Positions 9,743 to 19,124 of a stretch of 64,000 bases of DNA are shown in pieces; position 1 is the first letter of the stretch; the number at the start of each line of letters is the position of its first letter. The stretch covers positions 70,730 to 134,729 of the forward strand of contig CANOTO010000001.1 of the NCBI GenBank assembly GCA_947570215.1, read 5' to 3'. A model generated the notes under the pieces. That model saw only the letters and a program-made list of their open reading frames with translations, was not told the origin of the DNA and did not search any database. Position numbers and translations under genes: made by a program. Source of the DNA: an uncultured Clostridia bacterium (GTDB lineage: Bacteria; Bacillota; Clostridia; Christensenellales; CAG-314).

Positions 9743-10684
9743 TTATTTACCTTTCAAAAATTCCGTCACGTTTATTCGCTTGATAAGTCCTTGCTCCGCC
9801 AGTTCGTCTACGCGGCGTTCGCGCAGTAAATCCTGTTCCGACTTGTCTTCGCAATATATGTAAAATTTCCCCTTAAACAGCTTTGTCGCGTACCGCCCGC
9901 CGTTCTCCACTATCTCTTGTATTACGCGGTATAGTAAATCGGAATCGGACAGCTCCAAAGAACGCGCGAGACAAAAAGACACGTTACGATACTTGTCGGA
10001 CTTGACTTTTAACGTAGAAGCGTATTTTTTTATTTTGTCCCACGCTAAAACAGTGACTCGTTTTTTCGATACCTGTCCATCGAGAGATACGGGACGCGAC
10101 ATTTCGAAATCTTTATTTACGCCCTTGCGCACGCGGTATTTTTCCAACAGCTCTTCCGCGGTCAAACCGCTGTCTTGCGTCAAATACTTTAGGGTCATCA
10201 TCGTGGCGTACGCGTCTTCTTCGGAGTTGTGCTGGGCGAATTCCACGCCTATTTCGGCGGCTATTTTAGAAAGAGCCTTGACCTCCCTTTCACCCTTGTA
10301 CAATTTGTACAGTAATTGCGAACAGAAAAATTCGAAATTGATACAGGGCAGCTTGTATCTTACGCACGCCGCGTTAAGCATACGCACGTCGGCATCCACC
10401 GCGTGACCGAGAACAGCGTATTCTCGGCTTGTAAGCAGCGACTTGATTTTGCCGTACACTTGCGAAAAATCGGGTGACGAATCCAACAGCTTTTTGTCCA
10501 AGTGAAGATCTATTCCCACGTTTTGCCGCGTACCGTTGAGATTATACTTCGTTTTGGGGTTTATCCAGATATTCTCTCGACTTATAATATCAAACCGTTC
10601 GTCCGCGATAACTATACCTATGCTGCATATACTGGATAATTGATATCCGTTAGCCGCTTCGATGTCGAATGCCAAATATTTCAT
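9743..10684 (-). CDS. DEDDh 3'-5' exonuclease (DnaQ-like) with possible degenerate C-terminal BRCT-like region
   Basis: AFDIEAAN, SICSIG, GHAVDAD, HNSEEDA. Confidence 0.85.
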   Translation of the reverse strand: MKYLAFDIEAANGYQLSSICSIGIVIADERFDIISRENIWINPKTKYNLNGTRQNVGIDLHLDKKLLDSSPDFSQVYGKIKSLLTSREYAVLGHAVDADVRMLNAACVRYKLPCINFEFFCSQLLYKLYKGEREVKALSKIAAEIGVEFAQHNSEEDAYATMMTLKYLTQDSGLTAEELLEKYRVRKGVNKDFEMSRPVSLDGQVSKKRVTVLAWDKIKKYASTLKVKSDKYRNVSFCLARSLELSDSDLLYRVIQEIVENGGRYATKLFKGKFYIYCEDKSEQDLLRERRVDELAEQGLIKRINVTEFLKGK

Positions 10685-10878
10685 TCAGTAATTTTCTCCA
10701 TTGATAACTTTACCAAATTAACGCAAAAATAGCAACATATTTGACCGCCGTTGCGCAAAATTTACAATAATGCCTTGTAGATACCGGCGATTGTTAAAAT
10801 GGCAAATCTCGCAGAAAAAAAAGCTATATCGCAAGACAACGCCTAAATTCGAATATTTTCGTTAAACTGTCGGCTTAA

Positions 10879-11325
10879 TCAGTCCTTACCGTCTCCGTCC
10901 GACACGGCGGCAGGCAACATCGGGCGCACGGGAACGGGTAGATTTTTGTCGCGATGACGTTTGACTTCGAAACGAACGGCAATGACCAACTGCCAAATTC
11001 CTACCGCTATCAAGAAGGCGGCGAAACAGTAACGCAAAATCTTATTGTCCGTAATGCCCGCGGTAAAAGCGCCGCCGACGGCGGAAAGAACGGCGGGAAT
11101 TATTATCCACCATACGTTATCCGTCTTGACAAGCTTGTTATGCGCATGAACGGACAGAGCAATGCAGCACATGGGAATAAAGCTTATTAGGTTTGTCGCC
11201 TGTATCGTCTTTTGTTCCATATCGAGAAAGGACAACAACGGCACCAACAGAGTTCCGCCGCCCATACCCATACCGCCGATTATACCGGCTAAAAATCCGA
11301 ATAATACAAATAAAAATATCTGCAT
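10879..11325 (-). CDS. TauE/SafE sulfite exporter family, half-size
   Basis: GIIGGMGMGGGTLLVP, QATNL, four hydrophobic segments. Confidence 0.88.
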   Translation of the reverse strand: MQIFLFVLFGFLAGIIGGMGMGGGTLLVPLLSFLDMEQKTIQATNLISFIPMCCIALSVHAHNKLVKTDNVWWIIIPAVLSAVGGAFTAGITDNKILRYCFAAFLIAVGIWQLVIAVRFEVKRHRDKNLPVPVRPMLPAAVSDGDGKD

Positions 11326-11334
11326 AACTTCTCC

Positions 11335-11700
11335 TTAAAAAAACATTTTTATTCCGCCGGCTATAAGCACTACGGCGAAAATTATTTTCAACACGTTGCT
11401 TTTAAGTTTGGACAGCGCGACCGCCCCCACTATTCCGCCGACCACAACTCCGAGCGTGACCCACAAAGTAGGAATCCAATCTACTGCGCCGCGCGCAAGA
11501 TAGACTACTGCCGAAACGATAGTAAGCGGCAGAATAATAAGCAAAGCGGTAGCCTGCGCGTACTTTTGATTAAGCTTTGCTACGGCAAGCAGCAGCGCTA
11601 CGACAATTACTCCCCCGCCGCCGCCCAAAAAACCGTTGACAAATCCCGCCGCAGCAGAAAAGATTACTAAAATCCACTTGTTTTTAGCCGACAATTCCAT
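11335..11700 (-). CDS. TauE/SafE sulfite exporter family, half-size
   Basis: AGFVNGFLGGGGG, AQATAL; start at MELSAK behind GGAG. Confidence 0.88.
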   Translation of the reverse strand: MELSAKNKWILVIFSAAAGFVNGFLGGGGGVIVVALLLAVAKLNQKYAQATALLIILPLTIVSAVVYLARGAVDWIPTLWVTLGVVVGGIVGAVALSKLKSNVLKIIFAVVLIAGGIKMFF

Positions 11701-11818
11701 TTTTTTCTCCAATTTGCACTTTGTTGGTTGTTTTTGATTGATTTTTAACTTAGTTTGTATTAAAATGGCTTTATATATGTAAAAGTATGTTTATTTTACA
11801 AAGAGGTATCGAACAGTT

Positions 11819-14356
11819 ATGAGTACAAAGACACAAACGAATTTAACTCTCACGCCTAACACCAAAAAATGGATAATTATCGGCGCAATTATACTTGCGG
11901 CGGTAATAACCATATCCATTACTTTGGCTGTTTTGCTTAAACCGGTAATACGTACGCCGGACGACGAGAATCCCGACAACAAGCCGTCGTCCAACCTTAC
12001 TATCAAAAACGGCGACTTCGCCCTTGTAAGCTCGGACGATACAAACTTCCCCAAAACCGCGGAAAACTGGGACAGATACGCGTATAAAGCACCCGCAAGC
12101 AGCTCTGCCACGCAGGAATTCGAAACTATCACTACCCGCGACGACGTGGTTATGGGTATTGTAGACACGGACAACGAAGACGGCAACTGGGACAATGCGT
12201 TGGAGCAATTGAACTTCGAAGGAGTAACCGGCACAATTGCAAATCCCGGACTGTACGCGGAAGATTTGTCGAATACCAACGTGTATATGATGGCGACGAA
12301 AAAAGCCACCACCGCGAGTATCATGACAAAGGACAGCATTTCCATCGCACCGCTTACGTCTGTCAAAATAACGATAAGATTGTATACGGGGCAAATCAAA
12401 AACGGAAGCGCTACGATAATGGTTCAAAAATCCACCTTGAACGCGGACGAAAGCAACCGTTACGCATACGAATACAGCATCGACAACAAAGAAGAGTGGC
12501 AGACCTTGGAACTGTACGTATTTAACCGTCAATCTTCCACCACTGCTTACATAAGGGTTAACGTAGGCATCGGTAACGTATATACGGGAGCTACGGCGGA
12601 AGGCGTGCTGTTTGTGGACGACGTTATGATGGAAACGGTTACAGCCAACGAATACCGTATTTACGCGGACAAAGACGACACTTCCGACACGACGTACAAA
12701 ATCATCGAAAAGGAAGACGAATCCAACAAAGCGGAACAATCCAAGTATCTCACTTTGAGCGATTACAATACGGACGGCACGGCAGCTGCGGAACTTGCTT
12801 ATACTAAGGACAACTATGACACCGAAGCCGAAAGCAGCTACGTAAAGCAGTACGAATACGCTCCGTTTACGATGAGAGACGACTTTGTAAACGACGACTT
12901 CGGCATCTACCAATTGTCCCACCAAGGCAACGTAATAGCCGGAGACAAAAACATATTCGCATTGAGACTTACTCAGAACATTAACGTTTCGACAGCGACT
13001 TCGGACGAGACGCAAGACCACCATCATATCAGCTTTTGGATAAGAACGTTGAAGCGTAACGCTCTTGCGGAAGCGAATGTAGTAGTACAAAAGAAGCTTG
13101 CCGACGGAACGTACGAAGATCTGAACGGCGGTAATTACAAGTTCGAAACCTCGCAGGAAATAAAGACGGACACAAATAACGGCTGGACCAAGTGCGACAT
13201 TTACCTTCGTCCTTCTCAAACGCCCGAAGAAATCCGTATAATATTCGCTCTCGGTAACATTACCGGATACGAAGGACAAAAGGCTGCTCCCGACGGAGAT
13301 TTGTTTATTACAACTCCGTATTGGGAAACGATTTCGCGCAGCGCGTACGATTCCGCTTCCAGCAGCGGCACGGCTTCAAAGAAGTTCGACCTTAAAGGTT
13401 CTTCCGCAGATCCCACCGTTTCCAACGGTTCGTTCTCCAATCTGGTTGCGACAACAAGTCAGCCTACGTCTTGGGAACCTGCGTTCGCGGGACAAAACGT
13501 CATCTACAAAGACGGCCGCGGTAACGAAGTAATAGATAATCTCGTTACAACCGCCGACGCAATAAACGGCAGCGGAGCCAATATCTACGCCGATACCGCT
13601 TACACCGACGACGATGAAAGACGCGTATTGGAAATAAAGAACAACGTCGCGACCGCATACGGTTACGTATCGAGCAACATAACTCTCGACGCAAAAACCG
13701 TTTACGTATTCAGCGTACTTGCAAAAGCGGCGGACGGACAGCGCCCCTACTTCTATCTGTTGGATACAAACAAGGAGCTTACACGCGATCAAATGGTTCT
13801 TGCGCAAGCAAGCACTGCCAAAGAGATAAACGGAGACCTGTTCAACCAAGACGACGAAACCTACAAGGATACGGGCTTTAAGCGTTACTACATTGTATTT
13901 GCCAACGGCGCGGAATCGAAAACCGTAAAGCTTGCGTTGTTTAACGGAAGTATAGACGGCGCGGAACTGAATCAAGGCACTGTTTATTACGATAAAGTAT
14001 CTCAGCAAACAATAGGTAAATATTCGCTTGTAGAAGATAAAGACAACGAAGAAACTTATAAAGTGGAATACACCGCCGAGAAGGGTTACTTAGAAGCGGA
14101 CGACGTTGAAAAACTTGTTGAAAAGCTTGAAACGGAAGGCGTAATCGTAGTTCAACCCACCGCGGAAGAATGGACGGAAATGCGTAAGGTTCCCGACGAA
14201 GAAGACAAGAAGGACGACGACGGCGACGACACTGCTCCCGTTAGGAAAGACGTTGACCTTGGATTACTGTTCTCCATACTTTCCAGCGTTATCTTGGTAG
14301 CGGCTCTCGCGGTAGTACTTGTTATAAAGGCTTTCAAAAAAAGAAACCGTCAATAA
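11819..14356 (+). CDS. Large acidic surface protein, TM at both ends, repeated CBM-like jelly-roll domains
   Basis: N- and C-terminal TM helices; IKNGDF and VSNGSF starts, W.T.E.Y and LFVDDV/VYYDKV ends. Confidence 0.8.
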   Translation: MSTKTQTNLTLTPNTKKWIIIGAIILAAVITISITLAVLLKPVIRTPDDENPDNKPSSNLTIKNGDFALVSSDDTNFPKTAENWDRYAYKAPASSSATQEFETITTRDDVVMGIVDTDNEDGNWDNALEQLNFEGVTGTIANPGLYAEDLSNTNVYMMATKKATTASIMTKDSISIAPLTSVKITIRLYTGQIKNGSATIMVQKSTLNADESNRYAYEYSIDNKEEWQTLELYVFNRQSSTTAYIRVNVGIGNVYTGATAEGVLFVDDVMMETVTANEYRIYADKDDTSDTTYKIIEKEDESNKAEQSKYLTLSDYNTDGTAAAELAYTKDNYDTEAESSYVKQYEYAPFTMRDDFVNDDFGIYQLSHQGNVIAGDKNIFALRLTQNINVSTATSDETQDHHHISFWIRTLKRNALAEANVVVQKKLADGTYEDLNGGNYKFETSQEIKTDTNNGWTKCDIYLRPSQTPEEIRIIFALGNITGYEGQKAAPDGDLFITTPYWETISRSAYDSASSSGTASKKFDLKGSSADPTVSNGSFSNLVATTSQPTSWEPAFAGQNVIYKDGRGNEVIDNLVTTADAINGSGANIYADTAYTDDDERRVLEIKNNVATAYGYVSSNITLDAKTVYVFSVLAKAADGQRPYFYLLDTNKELTRDQMVLAQASTAKEINGDLFNQDDETYKDTGFKRYYIVFANGAESKTVKLALFNGSIDGAELNQGTVYYDKVSQQTIGKYSLVEDKDNEETYKVEYTAEKGYLEADDVEKLVEKLETEGVIVVQPTAEEWTEMRKVPDEEDKKDDDGDDTAPVRKDVDLGLLFSILSSVILVAALAVVLVIKAFKKRNRQ

Positions 14357-14391
14357 TTCTTGACAAATAAAACGACACAATAGATAAACAA

Positions 14392-14439
14392 ATAGCCCGC
14401 CGACTTCAAAACGAAGTATAGCGGGCTATTTTATTTTTT
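14392..14439 (+). terminator. Intrinsic terminator
   Basis: ATAGCCCGC..GCGGGCTAT stem then T-run. Confidence 0.75.
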
Positions 14440-14659
14440 CGAATTTAGGACGATAAATCGAAATTTGAAACAATGAAAAAACAATTAATTTTTATAAAAA
14501 GTATAATTTTATAATTACAAGCGAAGATATAAATAAAAATACAGACGAAACAGAATGTGCTATAACTTAGAATAAGGATAGGGCAAGTAATTAGGTTGAA
14601 AATTACTTGCCTTTTATGATACAATTAAAACACAGGATATTAATTTGCGGAGATGGAAT

Positions 14660-15007
14660 ATGTTTAATGAAATATGTATATATGAAGCAAAACTAACCAA
14701 GCTTAATGAAATCGAAGAGCTAATGAAGGAAGTAGCAGAATTTTATTTGAAACAAGATGGCGTTATTGATGTACATTATATAAAACGTACTCACAGACAA
14801 AAAGATTTTAATGCAGTTACAAAAGGAGAATTGCCTATTCGTCTTACAAAAAATGTAGGTAAGGTTACCTATGTATTATATTGGGTATTAGAAAACGAAG
14901 AGACACATGCAAGAGTGTCTAAACTTGGCGTTGAAAAGTTTTATAAACGTTGGAATAGATGTTTAACAACAATGCCTAAAATAATTTTGGGTGAGAATAT
15001 TGTCTGA
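14660..15007 (+). CDS. AT-rich hypothetical protein, possible dimeric alpha/beta barrel fold
   Basis: 115 aa from MFNEIC; GGAG RBS; much lower GC than flanks. Confidence 0.75.
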   Translation: MFNEICIYEAKLTKLNEIEELMKEVAEFYLKQDGVIDVHYIKRTHRQKDFNAVTKGELPIRLTKNVGKVTYVLYWVLENEETHARVSKLGVEKFYKRWNRCLTTMPKIILGENIV

Positions 15008-15054
15008 CTGACAACTTACTGTTTATCGCAACTGCATTGCAGTTAAATTATAAT

Positions 15055-15092
15055 AAAAAGCAAGAAGAATAAAACATCTCTCTTGCTTTTTT
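15055..15092. terminator. Likely bidirectional terminator
   Basis: AAAAAGCAAGA..TCTTGCTTTTTT between convergent genes. Confidence 0.7.
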
Positions 15093-15244
15093 AATTCTAT
15101 AAAATTCACCGTAATCGACGGAGTTTTTATTACAATCGGCAATTGGCGGGGCAGTTTTGCAAAATGCGAACCGCAACATAAAACAAACAAAAACAAGCCT
15201 GACGCGCCGCCAAGCTTGTAGGTTATTTATACCTTATTAAGTGC

Positions 15245-15751
15245 CTAAATCCTTTTACACAGCTCCGAATACAATAGCTCCGCCGTTTGCACCGAAGTAA
15301 GTCCGTCGGTATTGACGGTTAAACGGGCGAACTCGGCGTACAGCACGGAACGTTCGTCCATTAGCGCCTGTAACGACCCGCGCGGCAAACCATCGGACAA
15401 CGGACGGGACATACCGTCCAGCCTGCTTAATACGTAATCTACGCCGACTGTGAGCCACACTACCGCGGCGTTACAGGCAAGCGCGCGAAAGCCCGAACAT
15501 AACGGACTGCCGCCGCCGCAGGCTATAACCGCATTATCGCAATTGCTCTCGGCAAGCTCGTATAAAAGCGCGTTTTCTTCTTCGCGGAAGCGTTCTTCGC
15601 CGTTACGGGCGAATATTTCCGCAACGCTCATACCTGTACGGCGCTCCAACGTTTTGTCCGTATCGATGAAATTATATCCCAGTTTTTCTGCCAAAATTTT
15701 ACCCGCGCAAGTTTTGTAAGCGCAGGAAAAGCCTATTAAAACGATTTTCAT
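15245..15751 (-). CDS. aroK: Shikimate kinase
   Basis: IVLIGFSCAYKT (variant P-loop), FIDTD, GEERFREEE, CGGG, RPL. Confidence 0.9.
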   Translation of the reverse strand: MKIVLIGFSCAYKTCAGKILAEKLGYNFIDTDKTLERRTGMSVAEIFARNGEERFREEENALLYELAESNCDNAVIACGGGSPLCSGFRALACNAAVVWLTVGVDYVLSRLDGMSRPLSDGLPRGSLQALMDERSVLYAEFARLTVNTDGLTSVQTAELLYSELCKRI

Positions 15752-15753
15752 TA

Positions 15754-16173
15754 TTATTTGTTTGCAAAAAAGTCTATCGCTTTGAAATAGCTGTTAATAC
15801 CTTCTCCGAAAAATACCGCCTTGCACACCGACTGCAAAACGTCGTTTTTACGAAAGTCTTCGCGTTCGTAAATATTCGACATATGCACTTCGACAACGGG
15901 AATGCTAATACATTCGATACAATCTCGAAGCGCATAGCTATAATGGCTGTACGCGCCCGCGTTAAAAATTATACCGTCGCAGTCTGCTTGCTGCAAAATA
16001 TCCGCAAGTCTGCCTTCGCAGTTGCTTTGCGCGCAAACGACGGTTGCACCGCGTTCCACTCCGTATTGCTTAACCTTATTTTCCAATTCGGCAAGCGTGT
16101 CCGTCCCGTAAAACTCAGCCTTGCGCTTGCCAAGCATATTCATGTTTACTCCGTTTAACAGCAGTATTTTCAT
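15754..16173 (-). CDS. aroQ: Type II 3-dehydroquinate dehydratase
   Basis: LNGVNMNMLGKR..YG, QSNCEG, NAGAYSHYSYALRD, VEVHMSNIYERE.FR. Confidence 0.95.
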   Translation of the reverse strand: MKILLLNGVNMNMLGKRKAEFYGTDTLAELENKVKQYGVERGATVVCAQSNCEGRLADILQQADCDGIIFNAGAYSHYSYALRDCIECISIPVVEVHMSNIYEREDFRKNDVLQSVCKAVFFGEGINSYFKAIDFFANK

Positions 16174-16222
16174 ATTGTCTTCCTTACGTTTTTTTTTATT
16201 ACGCAAACCAAAAGCTTATACG

Positions 16223-18196
16223 TTACAATCGGCAATATTTCAAAAATCCGTCGTAATCGTCCCGAACTTCCGTACCCGTCCACAGCGCAAAGCTTTTTGC
16301 CCCTTGGTGATACAGCATTTCCAGACCGTCGACGCACTTGATTCCGCGCTGCGCAGCTTTATCGCGCAGTCCGCTTTGCCCCTTGTAGGCTGCTACGAAA
16401 ACAAACCTTACGCTATTAGGTAATTGTATGTTCCGTTCGAATTCGCATTCGGGTACGAAGCTCAGCACACCGTACGGCTCGTCAATCTGCTTGGACAGTC
16501 CGTATTTTTCCGTCAGCGCATCCGCGCGAGCTTGCGTTCGGTTTATTACGCGGATTGCGCAGTTGTATTTCATCAATACGCGGACGCATTCTTCCGCCGC
16601 GCCGCCCGCGCCCACAATCCACAGCGGTTTATTTGCAAAATCTATTCCGTTGGCGGTAAGCGAACAAATTATGCCGTAGCCGTCAGTCGAACAGGGACAG
16701 ATACGCTTACCTACCGTGTTTACCGACGGAACGTCGGCGCGAAGCAAAGCGGCAACCCGCGTTTTGAAGGGCATAGTTACGTTTACGCCGTCAAAAGCGT
16801 TTGCCACAGACAACAGCTCGCCGTCGGGAATGCCGCGCGGCAGCGACACCGTGACATAGCTGCAACAAAGGTTCGATTTACTTGCCAAATAGGACATTAG
16901 AACGGGCGAACGGCTGTCTCTTACGTTTTCGCCTATTAAAGCAAGCTTATACGGCGTAACTCCAACAGCCTGCAAGAACCCGGGAAACGACACATCGAAC
17001 GGTGCGCAGTCGACACTACCGCCGCCGCACACGAGAGCCATAATAACGGCGCACATTGCAATACGGTGGTCGTTAAAGCAGCAAAACCGCGGATTGCCGA
17101 CTTTGCCGCCATCGGACGCAATAGTCAAACTGTCGTTTGCAACCTCCGCCGTTGCGCCTAACTTGACTGCGATGCTTTGTATTGCGCGTACACGGTCGCT
17201 TTCCTTACGGCGCAGCTCGTCCACTGCGTGAAATTCGTGTCTGCCTTGCGTCACCGCGGCGATACTGCACAAAAGCGGTACTTCGTCGATCGAATCGCAA
17301 ACGTCCGTTTCAGACGCGTATAACGGCTTCAAACGTGACGGCTTGACAACGATATCTCCCGTTGGTTCGCCGAAACGCTCGGTTATGTTTTCCGAAGTTA
17401 TATTTGCGCCGCCACGCTGCAAAACGCGTAAAAAGCCCGTACGTCGTTCGTTAAGCAATACCCCGTCAAAACGAGCTTCTCTACCGCATAGTAACGCTAA
17501 CGTTATCAAGAATGCAACGGAAGAAAAGTCCCGCGGAACATCCAAATTCAACGCGCGAACGGCGCTTTTACGAACGGTAACAGTCAAACCGTCCACCGCC
17601 ACGTCCGCCCCCGCTCCGCGCAACATAAGCTCCGTGTGATTGCGGGTGGGAATATTTTCAATATACGTAGTTTCGCCGTCGGCGAACAAACCCGCAATCA
17701 AAACCGCGCTTTTTACCTGAGCCGAATTGACGACGGCTTTATACTCTATGCCTTGCAGTTTGCCGCCGAGACTTTCGAACAGACAGCCGTCGGTTTTGCT
17801 GAAATGAGCGCCCATCTTTCTTAAAGGGTCGAGTACGCGCTCCATAGGACGGCTCGTCAACGATTCGTCGCCTATAAACTTGGCGCGCACGCCAAGCCCC
17901 GCTACCAAGCCGGCGAGCAGCCGAGCAGTGGTTCCGCTATTGCGGCAATTTAGCGTGACTCCGCTTTTCGGCACGGATACGGGGCGCACGGCTGCCGTGG
18001 CGCCGTCAAGCCGAATATCCGCGCCCAAAGCGCGCAGACATTCGCAGGTTGCCGCAACGTCGTCGCATAACGACAGATTGCGTATAACGCTGTCGCCGTC
18101 GGCGATTGCAGCCAAAATAAGCGCGCGGTGCGAAACGGATTTGTCACCGCCTACGTAGTTACAGTCTATATTGAATTGTCCGTTAACGCATAGCAT
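16223..18196 (-). CDS. aroA: EPSP synthase fused to C-terminal shikimate dehydrogenase (AroA-AroE)
   Basis: AroA: GDKSVSHRA, NSGTTAR, SAQVKSA, RNHTE, KESDR, DHRIAM; AroE: SRSP, NVTMPFK, TDGYG, GAGGAA, NRT, DGLEMLYHQG. Confidence 0.92.
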   Translation of the reverse strand: MLCVNGQFNIDCNYVGGDKSVSHRALILAAIADGDSVIRNLSLCDDVAATCECLRALGADIRLDGATAAVRPVSVPKSGVTLNCRNSGTTARLLAGLVAGLGVRAKFIGDESLTSRPMERVLDPLRKMGAHFSKTDGCLFESLGGKLQGIEYKAVVNSAQVKSAVLIAGLFADGETTYIENIPTRNHTELMLRGAGADVAVDGLTVTVRKSAVRALNLDVPRDFSSVAFLITLALLCGREARFDGVLLNERRTGFLRVLQRGGANITSENITERFGEPTGDIVVKPSRLKPLYASETDVCDSIDEVPLLCSIAAVTQGRHEFHAVDELRRKESDRVRAIQSIAVKLGATAEVANDSLTIASDGGKVGNPRFCCFNDHRIAMCAVIMALVCGGGSVDCAPFDVSFPGFLQAVGVTPYKLALIGENVRDSRSPVLMSYLASKSNLCCSYVTVSLPRGIPDGELLSVANAFDGVNVTMPFKTRVAALLRADVPSVNTVGKRICPCSTDGYGIICSLTANGIDFANKPLWIVGAGGAAEECVRVLMKYNCAIRVINRTQARADALTEKYGLSKQIDEPYGVLSFVPECEFERNIQLPNSVRFVFVAAYKGQSGLRDKAAQRGIKCVDGLEMLYHQGAKSFALWTGTEVRDDYDGFLKYCRL

Positions 18197-18218
18197 TGAA
18201 TAAACCGCCGAAAAACGT

Positions 18219-19124
18219 TTATAACAAAAGGGGAATCAATTGTTCCATAGTAAAAGCCGTCTCTCCGAAATCGGACGGCAAAATAAAGCTTATTTTGCCG
18301 TTACCGTTCTTCTTGTCGAACAGCGTTAATTCCAATATTTCGCGTGACAGCGGAATGATATTAAACAGCGCTTTGACCTTATCCGTCCATTCGTCTCGAT
18401 ATGTCTTGCCGCATTTACCCAGCTTATACGCCAGGTCCGTAGCGTAGTAGATACCGTTGGCAACCGCTTCTCCGTGCGTTAGACCGCAGGAAAGCTCTAA
18501 CGCGTGACCGACGGTATGTCCGAAGTTAAGCTTATGCCTTATTCCGTTATCGTACGGGTCTACAGCGCATACGCTCGACTTGTATTCCGCGCAAGCGCGA
18601 ACCGTATTTTCGATATTGCCTTCGGCAAAAACGCCGTCGATTTCATCGGACAGCATACGGTATTTAAGAAGTTCGCCATGCCCGCATAGTATCTGTTCCT
18701 GCGACAGTGTGCGCAAAAAACGCACGTCTATTAAAGTATCCGCATTGTAAAAAGTTCCCACCGCATTTTTTACGCCGTCAAGGTCTATCGCGGTCTTGCC
18801 GCCTATACTGCTGTCGATTTGCGCAACAAGGGTTGTAGGAACATGCGTCAAAGCGACTCCGCGCTTGTAAACGCTTGCGGCAAAACCCACGGTATCTCCG
18901 ACGCTGCCGCCGCCGACGGCGACAATCCGTCCGCAGCGTTCAAGCTTGCGAGACAAAAACCAACTGCAAAGATTTGCGACGTTTTCGAAGTTTTTTGCCG
19001 CTTCGCCGCGCGGCAAATAATAGACGTTATCTCCCTTGATGCCGTACAGTTCGCCAACGTGCCCGTCCGTAACCATAAGACAGTCGGAAAAATCGCTTAT
19101 ATTGAATTTTTGATACACTATCAC
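18219..19124 (-). CDS. aroB: 3-dehydroquinate synthase
   Basis: GEAAK, GGGSVGDTVGF, VPTTLVAQIDSSIGGKT, LNFGHTVGHALE, HGEAV, DKK; GTG start. Confidence 0.94.
   Translation of the reverse strand: MIVYQKFNISDFSDCLMVTDGHVGELYGIKGDNVYYLPRGEAAKNFENVANLCSWFLSRKLERCGRIVAVGGGSVGDTVGFAASVYKRGVALTHVPTTLVAQIDSSIGGKTAIDLDGVKNAVGTFYNADTLIDVRFLRTLSQEQILCGHGELLKYRMLSDEIDGVFAEGNIENTVRACAEYKSSVCAVDPYDNGIRHKLNFGHTVGHALELSCGLTHGEAVANGIYYATDLAYKLGKCGKTYRDEWTDKVKALFNIIPLSREILELTLFDKKNGNGKISFILPSDFGETAFTMEQLIPLLL

Noticed and set aside
10879-11700. Split TauE as a pseudogene
   Set aside because: Each half has its own RBS and motif; half-size pairs are common in Clostridia.
11843-14008. Long antisense ORFs (478 and 210 aa) and similar shadow ORFs elsewhere
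   Set aside because: Mirror frames of real genes caused by codon bias; no motifs or RBS.
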